Notes: generated from the letters alone by a model not told the origin. 64,000 nucleotides of DNA from the human T2T-CHM13v2.0 reference genome, Homo sapiens (GCF_009914755.1 NC_060931.1); one strand, 5' to 3'; counted from the first letter of the stretch, positions 27,161-41,433 are shown. Numbers and translations: made by a program.

Positions 27161-27971
27161 GTTTCTCAACCAAGATGGCTGAGAAAATAATGTGCCAGGC
27201 TGACTTAAAAAAGGGAAAAGAGAATTATATGAGGAATAATTGCTATAATTCATGCCATATTACCACTAATAAGGAAAACCAAAGAAGTCTTTATCACTAG
27301 TACACACCTACTTAGTGTCATTAGTATATGTTTATTTTATCTTAAAAGTCTGAGAATGTTTGTTATTTTTGACATAATTCATTAGTTTCTATAACTGTAT
27401 AGATGTCAATGTACAACTTTACACACATTAACACAGTCAAGCTGAAAACATTACAATAACATACAATTTGTTTCTATACTCTGAGTTGTGTTTCTCCAAA
27501 AAAATACTTCACAAATTTTAGCAGACTTTAATATTATTTTGAGTTTGTTTCAATCTTGAAATGTTTATCTTACTCAAGATAATCTTGAAATGTTTATCTT
27601 ACATTTTTGGCATTTTTTTCTTAGTATTACTTATTGGTCTGGTTCACTATCGCCACCAGAATACAAGTCTCATTACATACACTCATAGGCATCTATAGAT
27701 TATGTGGGAGACAGGAAGATGAGCGAGGAAGGCTGAGCTGCTACAGCTCAGTTGAGAGACTTCACGAACACTAACAGCTGAATTCTCTTGTATATTCCTA
27801 TTGGTCCGTTAACTGAATTCTTTTATCTCCTCTTCTTTCACAAATGGGAAGACTCTTAAGAGATCTTCTGAGTTGAAATAGAATCAAGAGACAATAGGTT
27901 TTGAAGCTATATTAAATTGCAAGACTGAAGAAAATCTTTATGTAAGAAATAAATTGGCCTTCCCTTCAGAA

Positions 27972-27974
<3 letters not shown>

Positions 27975-28008
<34 letters not shown>
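27975..28008. repeat. (TG)n microsatellite
   Basis: Directly visible. Confidence 0.95.
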
Positions 28009-28012
<4 letters not shown>

Positions 28013-29319
28013 GTCTTTGCTTGTTTTATTAACTGACAGTTGTTATAGGTAATCTATGTGTTACATGAATTTAGTGGAGAGTTCACCATTTATATGTGGG
28101 TTAAAGACTGAAATTAAAGGCCTGGTTAACAATGCCCTTATGTATTAAGGAAGGTCATAAGGAGGATATGTAATTATTCCCTTAATTTTTTTAGGATCAA
28201 CCCCTCCAACTTTCAAAATTCTCTACTTCACCTGTTCATTAATTTTTATAATTGGAACACTGAAAATTTTACAGAGGGCTGTTTTTACGCTCTTCTGAGT
28301 AGTATTTATGGATGATTTAGAGACAGGGGATTAAATCCACATGAAATCATCACGTTTCCCTAGATGTCAGCATGAAATTACTACTTTCCCCTGCAAATTT
28401 CCATGAAATTACAAAAATTATTGCATCTTTGTCTCTGGATATCTTGCTTGAAAATATAAATGACACCGAGTTAACCTTTATTTTAGTTCAGTTCCTGGTA
28501 TAGATACTTATTTGTGAATTTGTTAATTAAGCAATAGGAGAAAAATGTATACATTTTATATAGGAAAACTTTAAAGTTGAGTCATATTAAATGCCTAAAT
28601 TCAGTGATCAGAATCCTACTATTTCCAGTGAGTGACAGCCTGTAGCATAGACAAGTTGCCTATTTTTGCCAGTTTCACAATAGTATTTGCTGTCACCAAA
28701 TATCTCATGTAATATGAATTTTCATCAAGATTGACTAAATTGGTGAATTAATTGTAATGAAGTATACTTTTGTCTATGGAAATAGCCTTTTGAGTATGAT
28801 TTAAAATATATACTCTGATCTCACACACATACACACACTCAACTACATCTTATGTACCATATTTCCAACAATTTTAAAGTTGCTATAAGATCTTTAAATA
28901 TAATTTTGCCCTCATTTTGTTGGGATTATATACTGCAGACTTTTAATGTACTGTTTGGATATGTGACTTAAACATTCCCTTTTTGCAAGAGAGTGGTTTC
29001 TTGCAAACCATATACCAGGCTTGATATATGATTTGCCTGGGGCAATTTAATGTGAGTAAAGGAGCTTTGTACCATATCCAAATGTTTTCTGGGCCATTGT
29101 AAGGCTTTGTTATGGTGTCTTTTACTTCTGCCATAGAACTTGTAAGTTTCTAGATAGGGGCTGCTTCTTTATTCCAGACTACCTCTGTCCTGAAACAGAA
29201 ACAAAGTAACTTGAGTTACAGCCAACCCACAATGAATATGTGAAATAAGTGAAAAAATAACCCAAATAATGAACCCAAATAATAAACCCAAATAATGAAC
29301 ATATGGAGTTTATGTTGTT

Positions 29320-30851
29320 TTTTAGCCCTTCTTCCCCTCTCTTGCTCCCACCTTTTGGAGTCCCCAGTTTCTAATTCCTGTCTTTATGTTTTCGTGTACC
29401 CAGGATTTATCTACCACTTGTAAGTAGAATATGCAATATTCTATGGTTTTCTATGTCTGCATTAATTCGCTCAGGATACTGGCCTCTAGCTACATCCATG
29501 TCGCTGCAAAGGACATGATTTCATTCTTTTTATGGCTGCCTAGTATTCCATGGCATACATGTCCCATGCTTTCATTATCCAATCCCCCATTATTGAGCAT
29601 TCTAGGTTAATTCCATGTCTTTTCTACTGTGAATAGTGCTGTCATAAACATATGAGTGCAGGTGTCTTTTTGGTAGAATTTTTCTTTGGGTATATACCCA
29701 GTAAAGAAATTGCTGAGTTGAAGGATAGTTCTATTTTCAGTTATTTGAAAAATTTTCTAAACCCTTTCGACAGGGGCTGAATAACTTACATTCACACCAA
29801 TAGAGTATAAGCATTTCATTTTCTCTGCAGCCTTGCCAACATCTGTTGTTTTTAAACCTGTTAACAATAGCCATTCTGCCTGGTGTGAGATAGTATTTCA
29901 TTGTGGTTTTGATTTGCAGTTCTTTGATGATTAGTGATGTTGGGCATTTTTTCCTATGTTTGTTGGTTTGTTGCATGTCTTCTTTTGAGCAGTAGCTGTT
30001 CATGTCTTTTGCTGGTTTTTAATCAGGCTATTTTATTCTTGTAGGTTTATGTTGCTTATAGATTGTGGATATTAGTCTTTTGTTGGATGCATGGCTTAAT
30101 TTTCTTTTACTTTGTAGGTTTTCTGTTTTCTCTGTTGGTAATATTCTTACTTTGCAGAAGCTCTTTAGTTTTAATTATGTCCCAATTGTCAATTTTTGGG
30201 TTTTGTTGCATTTCTTTTGGAGGACTTAGTCATAGATTATTTGCCTAGACCAAAGTCCAGAAGAATATTTTCCAGGTTTTGTTCTATGATATAGTTTTAC
30301 GTCTTATATTTAAGTATTTAATTGATTTACTTTTTGTATATGGTGAGAAGTAGGGCTCCAGTTTCATTCTTCTGCATATGGTTAACTAGTTTTACTAGCA
30401 CCACATATTGAATAGGTAGTCCTCTTCCCATTGATTATTTTTGTCAACTTTTTAAAAGGTCAGTTGGTTATAGGTATGTGGCTTTATTCCTATGTTCTGT
30501 ATTCTGTTCTATCGGTCTATGTGTCCATTTGTGTATCAGTACCATGCTATTTTGATTATTGTAGCTTTGTAGTATAGTTTGAAGTTGGGTAATGTGATGC
30601 TTCTGGCTATTTTCTTTTTGTTTAGGGTTTTGTCTATTCAGGCTCTTTTTTTGGTTCCATATGAATTTTAGAATTTTTTTTTCCTAATTCTGTGAAGAAT
30701 AACATTAGTAATTTAATAGGAATAGTATTGAATCTGTAGATTTCTTTGTGTACTATGTATATTTTAATGATATTGTTCATGAACATGGAATGTTTTCCCA
30801 ATTGCTTGTGTCATCTGTGATTTTCTTCAGCAGTGTTTTGCAGTTCTCCTG
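29320..30851 (-). mobile_element. L1PA16-like fragment lacking its extreme 3' end
   Basis: gagtccccagtttcta...gtgtacccagg...catccatgtcgctgcaaaggacatgatttcattc; ORF 29737..30003 resembles the ORF2p C-terminus. Confidence 0.85.
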
Positions 30852-31644
30852 CTGCATCATGCAAACTCTAGAAAGTAGTATTTTCCTTTCCATGTAGTAA
30901 AAAATATTTTAACTTTTCATAAAGATTTATAAGTAAATTTTTATAGGAAAAATTTAATTCTCTTAAACCATGCACATCCTTCTGGAACCTAAATGTTAAT
31001 TTTGATTTAAACTCACTAACTTTTCAGTAAACTGTGCATAACCGTCTAACTTCATTTGGTCTAAAATAACTATATAAGGTTGTAAAGCCAGAAGTACTGA
31101 TGGGATACAATGATGGGTAGCTAGTAACTTGAAGGATCTACTGTTCAAAGTATTAATTCTTTACCAGACTGTTTTTGTAAGGTACACAAATAGAATTTCT
31201 CTTTTCATAGTAGATATACAATTTTTTCCATGAAAATAAAATTAAGAAAAGTTTTGTAGTTTTGCAGGTCTTCATAATTGTATAGGTTTGGTAACCTTTG
31301 TGATTTATAAGGTGATGTGATCCAAAAACCTCAATAGCTGTGTGTGTACTGGACTTTTGCCCCTGGTATTGGGATACATATAGAAAGAGCTTCAAGGGAC
31401 CTTGAACATCAACTAAACAATCATCTTTTAACAAAAAAGAAATAAGGGTCAGCCTTTCCTATTTCCCAAAATTCTATGTCAGGTGTCTATTTTTTATAGT
31501 GTTTTGTGTATCTTTTATCATAGCAGTATATTAAAATTGGTTTTTACTTGCCTGCTTTTCACTATAATGAAAGCTCACTAATTGCTTAGTAAGTAGATTG
31601 TTAGCATTGAATTCCCAGAACATATAAGGCATTTTAAAATCTAG

Positions 31645-32040
31645 AATTATAATAACATATAACATTTACTGAACATTTACTATGTTTCAGGAAATCTAAG
31701 TTTTATGTATGTTATATAACAAGATATATATCTGTGTATATATGTATAACATTTCCATATATACACATATGTACAACATCTATATCTGTCATACATACAC
31801 ACACACAACATATACCTATATACATGTGTATAAATGTAGACATCTCTTCATGTAAAACTTGTCAATTCTGTGAGGAATGGGCTATTTATTATCCCCTGCT
31901 TACAGAAGAGGAAATTAAGAGTCAGCAAGGTGAAGCAACTTGTCCAAATTTACAGTGAAGTTAGTAAGTGGATTCAAGATCCAAACGTAGCATTTTAATT
32001 ATACAGCCTTCATTTTTAGCCATTATATTTCATTGCCTAT
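31645..32040 (-). mobile_element. MIR with an internal TA/CA-rich expansion
   Basis: aacatttactgaacatttactatgt...ttacagaagaggaaattaagagtcagcaaggtgaagcaacttgtccaa. Confidence 0.7.
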
Positions 32041-32934
32041 TATAGAGTAGATGTTCCATAGATGTTGAAAGTAGATTAAATACATCTAACTGAGGGAATG
32101 AACATGTAAAACACAATGACAATATAATTCAACATGCTAAGTTATATAAAATCTGTAAGCAAAAGGTATGCTATACTATTTGTATACTAGGTACACAAGA
32201 ACGGGTCAGAGAAGGCTTCATAGAACATTAACATTTCAAACTAATATTTAAAGTAATATTTTAAAGAAATATCGTGTTCAAATGAAATATAAGAAATTTT
32301 ATTTTATCTTTGTCAGTAGAATGCCCACTGAGGTTTTTCTTCTGCCTTACCAATTTAGTAATTAGTAAAATACACTGCAAATCATTCTTAATACACATTT
32401 GACGCAGATCCTACCTGTGTTTTCCCATATATGTTTAGCTATACTTTTCTTATGAAAAATGAATGAAAACCAGAATGAATAATAACCTACCTCCTCTGAT
32501 GGCTCAGAGTAAAGTATCCTGGTCTTTGTATCATTTGTTAAGTTCCCCATTCATGAATTATCAGCATTTGGTTTAACTGACTGGGGTTTCAGAAAAGGAT
32601 GCCCCTTCTTTTTTTGGCTGAAACTAAGCAATTTGATGCACTGGTACTTATATGCACTTTAAATTTTCAAGATTTAAAATAATCTGGTGTGATAATGGAA
32701 TCTTATATGTTTACCTATGAAATAATTACTTTTAAAGCAATGCTTCCTAAATGATTGTCTTTTTTTTGTAAAACTTAAGATTTTTATAAGGCAACAAAAT
32801 ATATTGATTTTATTTTTAAAAGACATTACCAAGGTTCCTAAATTTTTAATTTCTGTGATAGTCAATGTTTGTCCTGCCTTACCCACTCCCTCCTAGCTCT
32901 CCCACTAATTTGAAATTAAAAGTGTGGAATAACA

Positions 32935-33350
32935 TGCCTCATTCTAGTCATGAGAAAAACCTCAGACAAACTGGGAGATTTTCTGTATAATGCCTAACCT
33001 AGTACTCCTCAAAACTATCAAGGTTATCAAAACAAGGAAAGTCTTTGAAACACTATCAGAATTAAGATACACCTAAGGAGACATGACAGCCATATAATGT
33101 AATGTGGTCTCGTGGATGCATCCTGGAACAGGAAGATAACATTGAGCAAAAATGGAGAAAATCTGAATACAATGTGGACATTTATTAAGAGGCATGTATC
33201 AAATATTGGTTCAATAATTATAATAAATATACCATACTCACATAAGATGTTAATCATAGGAGTATCTGGATATGGGGAATTCATAAACCCTCTTTACAAC
33301 TATTTTGTAAATCTAAAGTTATTCTAAAATAACAAGTTTGTTTAAAAAAT
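32935..33350 (+). mobile_element. L1MC3/4-like 3' UTR
   Basis: tcatgagaaaaacctcagacaaac...gtactcctcaaaactatcaaggt...ggagacatgaca...tcctggaacagga...tgtaaatctaaagttattctaaaataa. Confidence 0.8.
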
Positions 33351-34601
33351 ATACAATGGTGTGCTTATTCATGTTAGCAGCTCCACCAGGAAATCCCGAA
33401 AGACTGAAATCTTTTGATGTTTGCTTACAAGTGATAAAATCGGGGCATTTTATAAAGGTATTTGTTATAGAAAATTAGGGAGCAACTTTAGTGAATTCAT
33501 TTGAATATAGACATTGAGCGTACTCTGCTACCAAATATTCACATGCAAATTCACTCAAATGAAAAGCTCTTTTCCATATACTGATTTTTCAGTGTTATAA
33601 TGGAAATGTGAAGAAAATCTGCGTTCAACAAACTTCCTGAGGAAGTCTTCAGATTTAAACTGAACCCTGACTTGTCCTCTGTGTCCCCACAGTGTCACTT
33701 GACACATCATGGGGGACAGGCTAACATTTAACTAAAGAAAGGTAAGTAATTGTACTCCCTTCTGAAGCAATTGTATTTTGGGTATGTAGGTAGTGTTTCT
33801 ATTACATGGCAGGCACAACACAAAGTTTTATTTAAAATGCATGCAATATCGGTGGCTTAGAATCTCTTGATATAGTGTCTTTCCCTGAGGACAAGGCTTT
33901 AACCACATCCGTCTCTAAAAAAATATTTAGGCCAAACTTTCATCTTAGTATAGAGAAAAAGTAGTACATTCATCGCCCCTGCTTGATGCATACCTGGATA
34001 TGATTAATGTAGACATGCTCTCAGGACTAGGATGACTATTCACAGAAGTTGGGACTGTCAAGCTCTGAGTTGAGTCAATCCTTATGCTTCACAGTTGTAG
34101 TTTCTATTCCTCACCAAAATTTTAACATTTTCTGTTTGGATATTCTTCTTTGCCCAGTTAAAAAGTTATCATCCTCTTATTAATCCTTGTCCTCATCCCC
34201 AAGCCTTTCCCCTGTGCCCTGCAGAAATTCTCTTCCAATTGAGAGCAATTTACAAAATTCTTTAAGTTAACATGAACAGTTTCTTCCATTCTTTTTTGAT
34301 TGAATCCAGGATCTTCTGGGGTCACTACTTCCCTTGCAGACCTGTTAGTCACTTTTTTACATTTTCATATAACATGTGTCCCCAAGGGTCAGAAGTGATC
34401 TACGTTTTTTCCTAAAATTAAAAATGACTATTTGAAAGGCCACTGAAAATAAAATGTTAATATTTATGTGTTTTCTAGACCAATTCTCTTCAGACGCCTC
34501 ATTTCTTTCACTACAAATATATTCAGTATTTTTTCTTGAGCAAGGTACTTGATCAGTCCTGCTTTAGGTGCAGCAAATTCTGTTTCAGTAAAGATTCTAC
34601 T

Positions 34602-35168
34602 TGTATTGGTTATCTTTGCCTACGTGTACATTTACTCAAGAACTTACAGGCTTAATACAACATATATTTATTATCTCACAGATTCTGTGGACTATAAATC
34701 TGGTCATTGTTTAACTGGTTCCTTTGCCTCAGAGTCTCTGGCAAAGATGTAATCAATGTGTCAGTTAGGTCTCCAGTCTCATTTGAAGATCTGATTGGGG
34801 AATAATCCACACTTCTAAGCTCATGTTGTTAGCAGGATTCAGTTCCTGGTGGACTGTGAACAGAGGACCTGATTTCTTGCTGCTGGTTGGTCAGAGACCA
34901 CCCTGAGTGATTCTCACTTCGTTTCACCAGAATTGCAGAGTTGGAAGTGAGAGGGAAGGAGGGAGGGAGGGAGCATGAGACAGTGAGAGAACAAGAGAGC
35001 AAGCTAAAGTCAGTCTTCTGGAATATAATTACAGAAGCGACATCCCATCAACTTTTCCGTATTCTACTTGTTAGAAATGAGTCAATAAATTCAGCCTACA
35101 CTCAAAATAATGGGATGACAGGAAGAGATGAGTATCATGAAGTGGGGATTTGAAAGCTGCTTGCCACA
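34602..35168 (-). mobile_element. MLT1F-like MaLR LTR
   Basis: tgtattggttatctttgc...atttattatctcacagattctgtgg...gcaggattcagttcct...ttgccaca. Confidence 0.8.
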
Positions 35169-35340
35169 AACAGTCCGGAAAAAAAAAAAAATCACGCACT
35201 GAAACTTTTCCTTTATGTGCCTCATACTTTTTCCCTCTAGGCCTCTGCCTGCATTTTCCTGTGCTGGAAACATGCTTCAACAGCTGGCTCTCCTCACTCT
35301 ATTATCAGCATGTTTCCTCATCTTTAAAATACAGATCAGG

Positions 35341-35763
35341 TGTGATGGCTAATTTTATGTGTCAATTTGACTGTGCCATGGGATGCTTCAATTAAACATT
35401 ATTTCTGGGTGTGTCCATGAAAGTACTCTGAATGAAATGAACATTTGAATCAGTGGGAATCATCCAATCCACTGAAAGCAGAATAGAGCAAAAAGGAGGA
35501 TGGATGAAAACTTAGCCGCTTTTGCTTCCTGCCTTGAGCTGGAACTTTAATCTTTTCTGCTCTTGGACTGGAATTTATATCATCGGATTCTCTGATTCTC
35601 AGGCCTTCAAATCTTAAAGTAGAATTATACCACTGGCTTACCTGGGTCTTCAGTTTGCAGATGGCAAATTATGCAATTCCTCAGGCTCCATAATCATGTG
35701 AGCCAATTTTTTATTTTATAATATATCCTATTGGTTCTGTTTCTCTGAAGAATCATAATACAT
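35341..35763 (+). mobile_element. MLT2D-like ERVL LTR
   Basis: tgtgatggctaattttatgtgtcaatttgactg...tcctattggttctgtttctctgaagaa. Confidence 0.85.
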
Positions 35764-36950
35764 AATCGATCACCAGGGTCCTCCCTCTGGTAATGTTACC
35801 TTTTTCATGCAAAACTTTATCACCAAATATAAGGTAAGAGAGATATTTTTAAAAAAATGTTTATAATAGAAGGCTGAAACTTGAAGAGACCGAAGATAAT
35901 ATCTAGTTTCTTTTTATAGGCATAGACTAGGTAAATTTACTTTCCTAGTGCTGTATAATTTTTCAGACAAAAAACAGTTTCTTGGTCCTGAGATTCTGAT
36001 AATCTTACCACTTCTCTAAACTGGGTGATATGTTATTTGTCATTATTAAAATTATCAAAGGACTGTTTGAATTCATAGTAATGGGTTTATTTTTCTCTGA
36101 ATAGTAGCTATACCTGAATACATGCTAATGAGTATATCAACTTGAAGTTACATGTTATTTTAGTATGGAGAAAGGTACATAAACAAATCCTTTTCCCCAT
36201 AGATGACCCAGGATAACTTGTTAGGGTAGAAATAATTTTAAAAGGGGGAAACTATTTTCTAGATTTCTTATGTAGGAAGTTTGTTAAATTTACCAAATTT
36301 GCCTTACAGGATGTGAAACAAGTGGCAATTCACATCAGTAACTGAGGCATTAAAAAATGAGGCTCATTTCAATTCAGTGTAGATTGGCCCTAATCACTAA
36401 ATGTTGGTTAATTTAAAATATTCCTGATGTCTTTAAGCTGCACACCATTTTAGAGACTTTGAGTGTGAACCTATATGTAGTAATTTATAAACACACACAT
36501 ACAGAGCACTTAGATATTCAGAAAATAACTGAAGACAATGAACTAAGTTTTTTAAACTCATTAGTAACTGATACAGAAAAGGTACCATTGAATGAGAGTA
36601 TACACAGCTACTAGAGCTTGCAACTTCAAGTTACATCTCTACATGGTGCACAAGGTTATTGAAGTCTGTATCTACAAATAAAATGACAAATGCTAACTTT
36701 TCTTCTTCATTTATAATGTTGAAGTGATAGAGGAACATAATTGCCTGCGTGATTGTAGGCCATATACCAGAAGACCAAAGATTTTAGCACAAAGTTTTCT
36801 CTCTCATTTAAACACTGATTCATGATTTGATCATACTGATGTCATCTAAACTTAGTTGACCACACACACAAAAAGGTTTCCATTCTTTTCTTGACCTGCC
36901 ACACTGGCCAATTACTATGACATTGATAGACAGTTGAAAACTGATCTTTG

Positions 36951-37090
36951 CAGGACAAATAGCTAATGCATGTGGGGCTTAAAACCTAAGTGACAGGCTG
37001 ATAGGTGTAGCCATGAACTATGGCATGCATATACCTATGTAACAAACCTGCACATTCTTCACATGTATCCTGCAACTTAAAAAAAAATAA
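36951..37090 (+). mobile_element. Short L1PA8-like 3' end
   Basis: ggacaaatagctaatgcatgtggggcttaaaaccta...tatgtaacaaacctgcacattct followed by an A-tract. Confidence 0.85.
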
Positions 37091-39243
37091 CTTAAAATTC
37101 TAGCATCCAAAAAAAACGACCTTGAATACTTCCAAATCAGATTTTTGAACCACCTTCTTGTACCAAATTTCCTTCTCATTTAAATGGAGAGAGTATTGTA
37201 CATTGACACTTATTAATTAAGGTGAGTGGAGGGCACTTAAGTGGCTACACCACAGAGCATGACTATCATGAAGCACAGCCATGGCCTATTGTGTCAGTCA
37301 TCGCTGCGACTGTGCTTAACGTGCTTAATGTAGATGTGGAATTATTTGATGGAATTATGATGAAAAAATATCAAGCCTTATGGGAGACGCTGGGTAATGA
37401 TAATGAGCCAAGTGTTGTAGTCCATTGGTGCTGGCTGCCTGATTTGTCCGGATGGGCTTCTGCCTGGAGGGTTAGCATTAGGCTTTTGACAACATCTCCA
37501 TTAATTCTCACTTTACAAAGAGTGATGGCATGGAAACCCGTCTCAGTTCTTGTGCTTATGAGATGTGTGACAGTAAGGCATGCCTGCCATTTCAGGGAAT
37601 GGTAGGGACAACACTTAAAATGTGTGCTCCTGAAAAACAGTCAAATGAGAAGGCACAAACATCTTCAGAACTTGAAAATAATTTTTTAAAGTGCCTTTAT
37701 TAAACTCAGCATGGGAGACAATCTGAACCGAGATCTTCATCAATCAGATTAACTACTTTCCAAGATGAAAACAGACGAGGCACAGTGTGAGGCTGAGCAG
37801 ATATTTATCAAAAGCCATATTAATAACCACTTTCAGCTTTTTCTTGACAGTTTCATCTGAGGTTCCATGTTTAACATTTGAGTATCATATGTTTTTGTCA
37901 GAATGAGGCTGCTAAGAGCATCAATTAATTAATTCTTTTGAAGTACAGTTCAGAAAGGTAATAAAGTAACTGTCTCTAAGGCCAAACCAGTAATGGTAAG
38001 CAACATTCTGGAGCTACACAATTTGTTACTTGGAAGAGAAATTAAAAGCAAAATGTCTTCTTGAACTCACCTGAGAATAAATACAGATATATTTTGCAAA
38101 GTGGCAATAAGGTATATATGCATTTATATATGTATAGCCACAAATATATATTTGGTATACATAATTGCCTACTTGGCTGAAATATTTCTCATTTACATTC
38201 TAGTGTATACTTTAGCAGAATAAAAATGGACTCTTCAATTTGCTTTATTTAAATGGCCTGTAAATAGGGCAAAATTAAACCTGGAAAAATAATGAGGAAA
38301 TTTTTATATTATTAAGATTATCAACCACACTTTAGTGTTTCAGAAAATTAATTTGGTGGGTTAAAAAAATTTCTCAGCTCATGAAAATTAACACTTGAAG
38401 TAATGCAACTCAGAGTGTAGAAAACATTTGTACCTTGTCACAGCCAGATGTGACTTACATATATTTAGGGACCCCTTCTGCCATCTCCACTTTATGCAGG
38501 GCCCATCACAGACATGGCTAATGTAGTTCTCACTTCAATGATGTAATATTAGCAACTGGCAAACAACTAAATCTTAGTAATCTCAGAGATACTTTTGTGT
38601 ACATAAGGTGTCAAGCCAAAGTGCAAAATAAAAATAAGACAGGTGTGTGCTGATGTAGGCTCATTTTACATGGGATATTTCTTCAGTCTGGAGGCATGTT
38701 CCTTATGAATAATTTAGAATGAGCTTTCTGTTACTTGAAGCTTTATATCATCCACGTTTACAGTGACTCAGCCTTATGACAAAAATCTGTCGCATAAGTT
38801 CCTGGATGAGATGGTCTATTTTGTAGAACTCTTTGACTAATAAACAGATACTAATTCAAAGTGGCATGACTTGGAGTGTGAGCTACCTTTGGAGGTAGAT
38901 GGCCTGCCAGGCAATAGCAATATAAGGAGCCTTCTCACTCTGATGACCTGTGAGTGACAACTCTCAATTATTATGTTCCTGCATCAGAGGCTTGGATCAC
39001 AACTTTCTTGCTATTGTGACGTGGGTTCACATATTTCTTTTCCATTTTCTTCCATTTCCTATCCCTTTTCTAAGACAGGTTATTTTTTCTTCTAATTGAT
39101 TAAAAAAAGGTAGTGATGTTTTATCAATTCATACTCAATATTAATACTTCTAGTATAGAAGTATTAGGAGTTTCATGGTCTCATCTTTTTTTGTCAGCTA
39201 GGATTTCAGAGGTTTTTGAACGGATATCTTTATGGGAGCCTGG

Positions 39244-39573
39244 CACCATGGTCTCAATAATTGTCCCCCTAAAATTCATATGTTGAAATTTACTCCACAG
39301 TGTGATATTATTAAGAGGTGGAATCTTAAGGAAGTAATAAGGTCCAGAAGGCGCCGACCTCATGAATAGAGTTAGTGATCTTGTAAAAGAGGCTTGAGGG
39401 AACACTTTTGCTCCCTTGCATGTGAGGACGCAAAGTAGGTGCACTGGACATGATCGATACGGTGACTTACTGGTGTACTTCCAGCCTCTATAACTGTAAA
39501 CAATAAATTTATATTGTTTATAAATTACCTAGACTAAAGCATTTTATTATTATGACCCAAACAGATGAAGACA
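39244..39573 (+). mobile_element. MSTD/MLT1A-like MaLR LTR
   Basis: gtccccctaaaattcatatgttgaaat...ttaagaggtgg...ttccagcctcta...aataaattt. Confidence 0.8.
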
Positions 39574-40220
39574 GCTGGCATCTCAGTTCTGCAGGTATGT
39601 TTAAGTGGAGTAATAATAATACATTGAGTGGAAAAAAAAAGGGATTAGGTCAAACATCAGTGGTAAGTCATAGGAGTTCGAGTCATTGAACAGTACATTT
39701 TCAAACCTCAATTGTCAGATTTTTTTAAATCACTCCTTCAAAATAGATGTTTGTAATGGTAAAACATTCCGTCATTTTGTACTTTTAAAGTGCATTCACA
39801 TATGACATCCAATTTTCTTCTCATACCAAACCAAGATAAGATAGTTTTTGAACACATGAACGAGGAGTTTCTCACAGTGGAAGAGGTGCCTGGGAAAGAC
39901 TGGGCTGCCTAGACCACCTGCAAGTGACACAGTTGACCTTATTTTAATTATAGAGCCACCACATCTGTGATGACAATATGAGCTGAAAGAATGAGTCATA
40001 AAAAGAGATGAGTGACAGTGGAGAAAGGTGAGATTCTTCACCTTCCCCAGGAGGGGGACTTTCAAACACATGAAATTCAAGTCAGTGAAACTAAGGCATT
40101 CTAATTATATGCATAATTGAGTCCAGCTGATTTTTCCTTTCCCTGCTACCATCCTTCCCCTCCTCCCTCTTTGTGGTATGTTGTATTAAATTGACATTTT
40201 TGAGTTTCTGTTAAAATACA

Positions 40221-40221
<1 letters not shown>

Positions 40222-40282
<61 letters not shown>

Positions 40283-40283
40283 C
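40222..40283. repeat. (CA)n(TA)n microsatellite
   Basis: Directly visible. Confidence 0.95.
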
Positions 40284-40769
40284 ACATTATATATCTATAT
40301 AAATTTATGTTAACTTAGAATTGTTATAAGTCATTCTACTGCCTTGATTTATGCTCTTTAGATTTCCTTTTAAATTCTATCATTTGCTTCATGCATTTCT
40401 TTAGAGTTTATGTTATGTTTTATATAATGTTTTTAATTTTATGTTTTAATGTTATTCTTTATATTAAAGTAGGAATTAAAGTAGGAACTATTTTTTATTT
40501 ATTCAGTACTTACTATACACTAGCAATTACACACTAATAATGCATAAACTAAGTTCAATGTAAAAATCATTTCTAAACCACATGGACTGGCCTATTTGCT
40601 ATTCTAAGTATGAGATCGTGCATTGCTTCTGATGGTTTTCATCACCTGAGTTATTTTACTGGATTTTTCTGTTCATGTCTGATGCTAATTTTTCTATTGA
40701 AATATTTTTGTACATTACATAAAAAGAACACTATAAAGTTATCTATATTCATATGTATATTAAACTTTT

Positions 40770-41010
40770 GCCTTTTTAAACATTTACTGATGTAATTCTA
40801 TGTGCTAGTTATTGTACTTTTTACAAGTATAAGCCAGTATAACCTTCTTGGTATTCCTATTTGATAGTATTGCAATATTCATTTTAAGTTGAAGAAATTT
40901 AAAAGTGAGGAAAACTTTGTTGAAAGTCACATGGCTAGTAGCAGATATATAGCTTTAATATTAGCCTATCTTATTTTAAACCCATGTACTTAACTCCATT
41001 TTATGCTACC
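40770..41010 (-). mobile_element. MIR
   Basis: cattttaagttgaagaaatt...aaagtcacatggctagta. Confidence 0.6.
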
Positions 41011-41237
41011 TTCCTATCTATGCGATAATTATTTCCCTCAGGCTTTTACTTTTAACTTTAGTTTCTTTCTCCTTAAAAATTGTTTAATATTTATGTAGTG
41101 AACCACATCTATATTTTCCTTTAGGGTGTATATGCTTTTGCTGTTATGCTTAGAGAGTCTTTACCTGCTTCAATATTATATAAATATCACTTAAATGTTC
41201 CTCTAGTTTCCTGTTCTAATATTAAAAAATATTAATT

Positions 41238-41385
41238 ACAGATCCTTTCACAAAGCTTTTGAAAGGCAAAGTCTTTCAGTAAAAAATGTGCACAAATTTC
41301 CGTATATAGAAAAATTTTCCTACAACTTCAGGAAGTTTATACAATCTCTGAACCCTGTGCATTGAGGTCAAAAGGGCCATATTCT
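41238..41385 (-). mobile_element. Charlie4z-like hAT MITE
   Basis: cagatcctttcacaaagcttttgaaag...aaaaaatgtgcaca...aaaattttcctacaacttcagg. Confidence 0.45.
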
Positions 41386-41433
41386 AGTATGTTTTGAAAA
41401 TTCTTAATTCTTTTGAAATGAATTTCGTATGAG

